Source of the DNA: an uncultured Clostridia bacterium
GTDB lineage: Bacteria; Bacillota; Clostridia; UBA1381
Reading direction: 5' to 3'
Length of the DNA: 64,000 nt
Assembly: GCA_934489015.1 (NCBI GenBank)
Contig: CAKSSN010000002.1
Coordinates: 138,935-202,934, forward strand
The notes under the pieces are model-generated. The model was not told where the DNA came from and searched no databases. It worked only from the letters and a program-made list of their open reading frames with translations. Position numbers and translations under genes: made by a program. This document shows positions 60,390 through 64,000 of this stretch, in pieces (positions within the stretch are counted from its first letter, which is position 1; the number at the start of each line of letters is the position of its first letter).

Positions 60390-63300
60390 TTATATATAAT
60401 ATTTAATTTCAGGTCCCGCAATAATGCCCATAGGCTTCAAACTGTATTCATATTTCCATCTGTCTTTTCCGTCATGCATAAATTTCCACGCGTCCGGTCC
60501 CTGCCATAAAAGCTTATCATCCGTAACATGAAGCGGTCCAAAGCAGTTATATCTGCTTCCGTAAAGCGTCAATTTAAGCCTGTGTTTTCCCTTTTTCACG
60601 TTCGGAGCATATACCTCATAGGGCGAAAAAGCTATAATTCCGAGCTGCTCTCCGTCAAGCTCCGCGCGAAGGAGCATACCTCTGTAGCATCTGACGCTGA
60701 CAGCTGCGCAGCAGTCACGCGGCGCTTCAATATCAGCAAAATATTCTATTCTTGCGCCGTAAAAGGGCATACCCTGCGCCGTAATATCTCCAAACCCGAT
60801 TTTTTCCCGCATCGGAAGAATTGTTTTTTCCGTCCCCTCAAGCCTTACTCTGAAATTTCCGAGAACAAAGCAAGCTTCAAGGCAAGTCAATCTTGTAACG
60901 GGCAGCGTTACAGAAAGCGTATTTTCACCTTTTTTTATAAGAGGAAGCGCAATTGTTTTAATCTGCCTGTCGGTAAAATACCCGTTCGGAACAATGCTTA
61001 TTTTTTCGCCGTTAAATATAACCGTACTAAGCTCCGCGTCCTCAAGCGCAAGATTTGCGCCGCTAAAGTCAAGCTCGCTGAAAAATTTGTATTTAAGCGT
61101 TACGGTATGCCCGTTTTCTTCCTCATCGGTTGCCCATGCCTGCGCCCTGCCGTTTTCTATATTAAGCTCACTTTTAATAATATACTGAATTTTTCTTATT
61201 TCCTCTCTTTCCCAGTGCGGCTCTCCGTCAAGCGCAAATTCCGCAATATCAAGCAATAAAGCGTTCGGCTCTGTCAGAGAAAAGTCAACCTTTCCGGTGA
61301 TATATTCTTTTGAAATGAGCTGTCTTTTTTTCTCGTCCGTACCTTTTTCGGCGGTTTCGGGATCACAAAGCTTAAGCAAAAGGCTGTCATTTTGATAAAA
61401 TGTATGACCGATAAATGTTTTTTCGCCCGATATTTCAAAGTCGGTTTGCTTAATATCGCCCGTAAGCGTATCGTAAATAATCGGCTTATATTTTCCCTTG
61501 ATGACAATTATTCTCTTTCTTGCCAAAGCAAGATTATCCGAATTTGACTCATATATCGTCCCTGCTTCATTGCACAAATGCGCAATAAACAGCCACTTGC
61601 AGCCGTTATCGCCGCGCAGCTGACAGCAAAGGCACTCACACTGCTCTCCGTTTTCCTCATAAATCGATACATCTCTTTCATCGGAAAGAAGATTAAGAAT
61701 TTCGGATTTGTCAAAGGCGCTTTTAAGTGACAAGTCAAAAAGCCTTTTCGGCTTATCCGAGCAAACCGCGTCTATATATTTCGGCGCTTCTCCGACAAAT
61801 ATAATTTTTCCGCCTGCTGCGTGAAAGCGCTCTAAAATATCAAAAGTTGTTTTTCTAAGCGTTTCGCATCCTGCAACAATTACCGCCTTGTACCTCATTT
61901 CGCCGACTGCAAGACTATCCGATATTTCTCCAATTTGCTCCGGCAGAAGCGATTCGCATATATAGTCAAAATCAACAGTTCCAGAAAGCAGCCATTCGGC
62001 AAGAGTATGAAACTGCCTGTCGAGCATTTTTCTTTTATCGGACGTTTTTTCATTTGACCCGAAATACAGCCACATTGTTTCAACGGGATGAATAACCGCA
62101 ACGTTTACAATGGGCTTGCCTCTCGTAAGCGCGGTTGAAACCCTCGCAAAATGGTCCTCAATATAAGAATACTCCTTATACCAGTCCGACTGATAGTTTA
62201 TCGACGCCGGATAATCACGCTTTGCATCGCCTTTCATTGTAACCCAAGAAACGCTCAAAACGCGCAGCGTCACACCGAGAGCCGCCTGCCAGTCTCCCTG
62301 CGCCTTATGACGTCTGAAATCAAAATCCCAGCCCGTAACGCCGTAAAGCTCCGACATAACACCCTCTCTGCCATACTGATGAGCTGCCGACTGCGCCTGC
62401 TTTGCGGTTGTGTATTCGTGATTATCGCATAAAATATCAATGCCCGGAATTGTAAAATGCCGATAAGCCCTCATTGCCTCGCCTATTGTTGCCGTCTGCA
62501 AAAAGAGCGATTCCTCGCAAAGCATATGCCCCGTCAGCGCAATTTTATTCTTTTCGCACCAAAGCCCTAAATTATCCGCAAAAGCTTCGGTAAACAAATA
62601 TGTAACAAAATCATGATATAAATATCTTGCACGAGATATTTCCCCGTTCGGCATTTCCCAGAAAAGCTCCGGAAGCCTATCCGAAATATAAAATCCGTAC
62701 TTATCGAAAAAGCGCTTGTCAAGGCTCATTGTCCAGGCAATTTTAACATCCTCGCGGCTTTTTGCAAAGCTCAGAGTGCCTTTTCTTGAAAACTGCGGCT
62801 CATCGGTAAAAATCGACGATGCCGTCACGCCGAAATGCTCACCTATTGCATTTTTATACCCGTCATATGTTATTTCTATAAACCTGTCTATCGCCTCTTT
62901 TGAAAGCGTATCAACATACGTCTGATTGTTATACCACGAATCTGCCTCATATGTAAGCACATACGCATACCATTTTACCTCGTCTGCCGCCGCGCTCTGT
63001 TTTGTTTTTGAATATTTAAGAAGCTCCCCCTCCGAATTCAAAAGCACGTTGTATTCCGCAAGATAATAAGGAATACCTTTTTCATATGCTTCATCAAAGT
63101 CAAAGCACACATCCCTTTTCTTTGTTGTCAGAAGAAGATACCTCTGCCTAAAACGCTTATCCTTTGTCACAAGTCCGCCGGCGGCTCCGGACGGCCACCT
63201 GTCCTCATCATAAAGCCCGACAAGCATATTTTCCTCTTTCGCCTTATCGCAGCAGTCCGACACAAGGCTCATAAATTCTTCTCCCAGATATTCCGTCACA

Positions 63301-63488
63301 AGCCCCGTTCTCGAATGAATATGAAATCCGCCGAAGCCCATTTCCTTTAATATGTCAATCTGCCTGAAAAGCTCCTTTTTGTCAAGCCTGCAATTCCAGC
63401 CCCAAAACGGAGAACCCCTGTATTCAGATGTCGGATTTTTAAAAAGCTCGTCCGTCAGGCTCTTTTCTCTGCTTTTTTTATACAGCAT
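60390..63488 (-). CDS. Large glycoside hydrolase-like protein, family not assignable by eye
   Basis: 1032 aa, no signal peptide. The N-terminal motif YRGSPFWGWNCRLDKKELFRQIDILKEMGFGGFHIHSRTGL is typical of a TIM-barrel GH-like family. Operon context with GH125 and the GH127-like gene. Confidence 0.5.
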   Translation of the reverse strand: MLYKKSREKSLTDELFKNPTSEYRGSPFWGWNCRLDKKELFRQIDILKEMGFGGFHIHSRTGLVTEYLGEEFMSLVSDCCDKAKEENMLVGLYDEDRWPSGAAGGLVTKDKRFRQRYLLLTTKKRDVCFDFDEAYEKGIPYYLAEYNVLLNSEGELLKYSKTKQSAAADEVKWYAYVLTYEADSWYNNQTYVDTLSKEAIDRFIEITYDGYKNAIGEHFGVTASSIFTDEPQFSRKGTLSFAKSREDVKIAWTMSLDKRFFDKYGFYISDRLPELFWEMPNGEISRARYLYHDFVTYLFTEAFADNLGLWCEKNKIALTGHMLCEESLFLQTATIGEAMRAYRHFTIPGIDILCDNHEYTTAKQAQSAAHQYGREGVMSELYGVTGWDFDFRRHKAQGDWQAALGVTLRVLSVSWVTMKGDAKRDYPASINYQSDWYKEYSYIEDHFARVSTALTRGKPIVNVAVIHPVETMWLYFGSNEKTSDKRKMLDRQFHTLAEWLLSGTVDFDYICESLLPEQIGEISDSLAVGEMRYKAVIVAGCETLRKTTFDILERFHAAGGKIIFVGEAPKYIDAVCSDKPKRLFDLSLKSAFDKSEILNLLSDERDVSIYEENGEQCECLCCQLRGDNGCKWLFIAHLCNEAGTIYESNSDNLALARKRIIVIKGKYKPIIYDTLTGDIKQTDFEISGEKTFIGHTFYQNDSLLLKLCDPETAEKGTDEKKRQLISKEYITGKVDFSLTEPNALLLDIAEFALDGEPHWEREEIRKIQYIIKSELNIENGRAQAWATDEEENGHTVTLKYKFFSELDFSGANLALEDAELSTVIFNGEKISIVPNGYFTDRQIKTIALPLIKKGENTLSVTLPVTRLTCLEACFVLGNFRVRLEGTEKTILPMREKIGFGDITAQGMPFYGARIEYFADIEAPRDCCAAVSVRCYRGMLLRAELDGEQLGIIAFSPYEVYAPNVKKGKHRLKLTLYGSRYNCFGPLHVTDDKLLWQGPDAWKFMHDGKDRWKYEYSLKPMGIIAGPEIKYYI

Positions 63489-63505
63489 TATTTTCCCTCC
63501 GCCGT

Positions 63506-64000
63506 TTATTTCATAATTTCCTCAACAAGCGAATACGCAAAAAGCATATGCATTTCACTTCTCGGATGATTTATTTCGTTAGATAAAAGCGCCGTAACGT
63601 CAACGCCGTTTTCTTCAAGCGTCTTCCACTTAAAATATACGTCGCATATTCTCACGCAGCACTCCGACGCCGCCTGCCTTGCCTTTTCGATATACCCGTC
63701 AAAAACACCGCTGTTTTGTATTTCCATAGTTTTTTTCGCCGTGCTTATAAAAACCGGTTTTTCAAGCGTGCAGCTTACTTTCGTATTCATCATATTCGGA
63801 GTCATAAAAATGACCTCGCTTCCCGATTTTTTAAGGCGGTTAAAAATCTCCTTTAAGCAGCTGTAATAATTATCAATATTATCTTTTCCGAGCATACTGT
63901 CATTGAGCCCCAGACACACAACCGTCAGATCGGGACTGAATTTAAGAACGTCGCGCTCAAGACGCTCAAGCGCCCCCTGCGCGGTGTCACCACTTATGCC
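63506..64000 (-). CDS. SGNH/GDSL hydrolase (esterase), C-terminal part; the 5' end is off the window
   Basis: The frame stays open to position 64000: GISGDTAQGALERLERDVLKFSPDLTVVCLGLNDS (SGNH blocks II and III). The track ORF 63506..63919 is only the part after an internal Met. Confidence 0.75.
   Translation of the reverse strand, partial: GISGDTAQGALERLERDVLKFSPDLTVVCLGLNDSMLGKDNIDNYYSCLKEIFNRLKKSGSEVIFMTPNMMNTKVSCTLEKPVFISTAKKTMEIQNSGVFDGYIEKARQAASECCVRICDVYFKWKTLEENGVDVTALLSNEINHPRSEMHMLFAYSLVEEIMK

Overview
This 64-kb window looks like a mid-GC, spore-forming Firmicute of the Clostridia type. The evidence is a T-box leader, ytfJ/yunB sporulation genes and Bacillus-like gene order. I call about 56 protein genes. 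Nearly all are on the minus strand, tightly packed, with many ATGA or TAATG start/stop overlaps. Most are core housekeeping. In coordinate order on the minus strand they are: smc (partial, absent from the ORF track), an Elp3-like radical SAM gene, rnc, acpP, plsX; nifU-nifS; tmcAL (plus strand); a WalRK-like two-component system with a YycI-like gene; obg, rpmA, rplU; a CzrA-like arsR, cdsA, uppS, frr, pyrH, tsf, rpsB; trmFO, topA; a U32/TrhP-like gene, a TrmR-like methyltransferase, mltG; pgsA, rimO, recX; an HD-domain protein with the TIGR03936/TIGR03960 radical SAM pair; ytfJ and a DUF2953 gene; scpB, scpA; an M50 protease; ruvA-ruvB-amidase-queA (plus strand); an M20 hydrolase, ligA, yunB; and T-box-controlled thrS. 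The accessory-looking parts are an AraC-linked operon of two Gfo/Idh/MocA oxidoreductases plus two TIM-barrel isomerase-like proteins (39.5-43.4 kb) and a glycoside-hydrolase operon (57-64 kb: GH127-like, GH125, an unassigned 1032-aa GH-like protein, SGNH). I found no rRNA, tRNA, CRISPR array, transposase, integrase or recognisable defence or toxin genes. The least explained sequence is non-coding. (1) An 0.8-kb AT-rich gene-free island after queA (49262-50073) holds three consensus sigma-A-type promoters with exact 17-bp spacers, each followed by a strong hairpin and no credible ORF. (2) A 670-bp convergent intergenic region (8391-9060) has mutually exclusive long pairings. (3) A palindromic motif occurs at 8750 and 13857. 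(4) Three to four tandem 30-bp repeats lie upstream of obg. These are candidates only; nothing here can be shown to be a new system from sequence alone.
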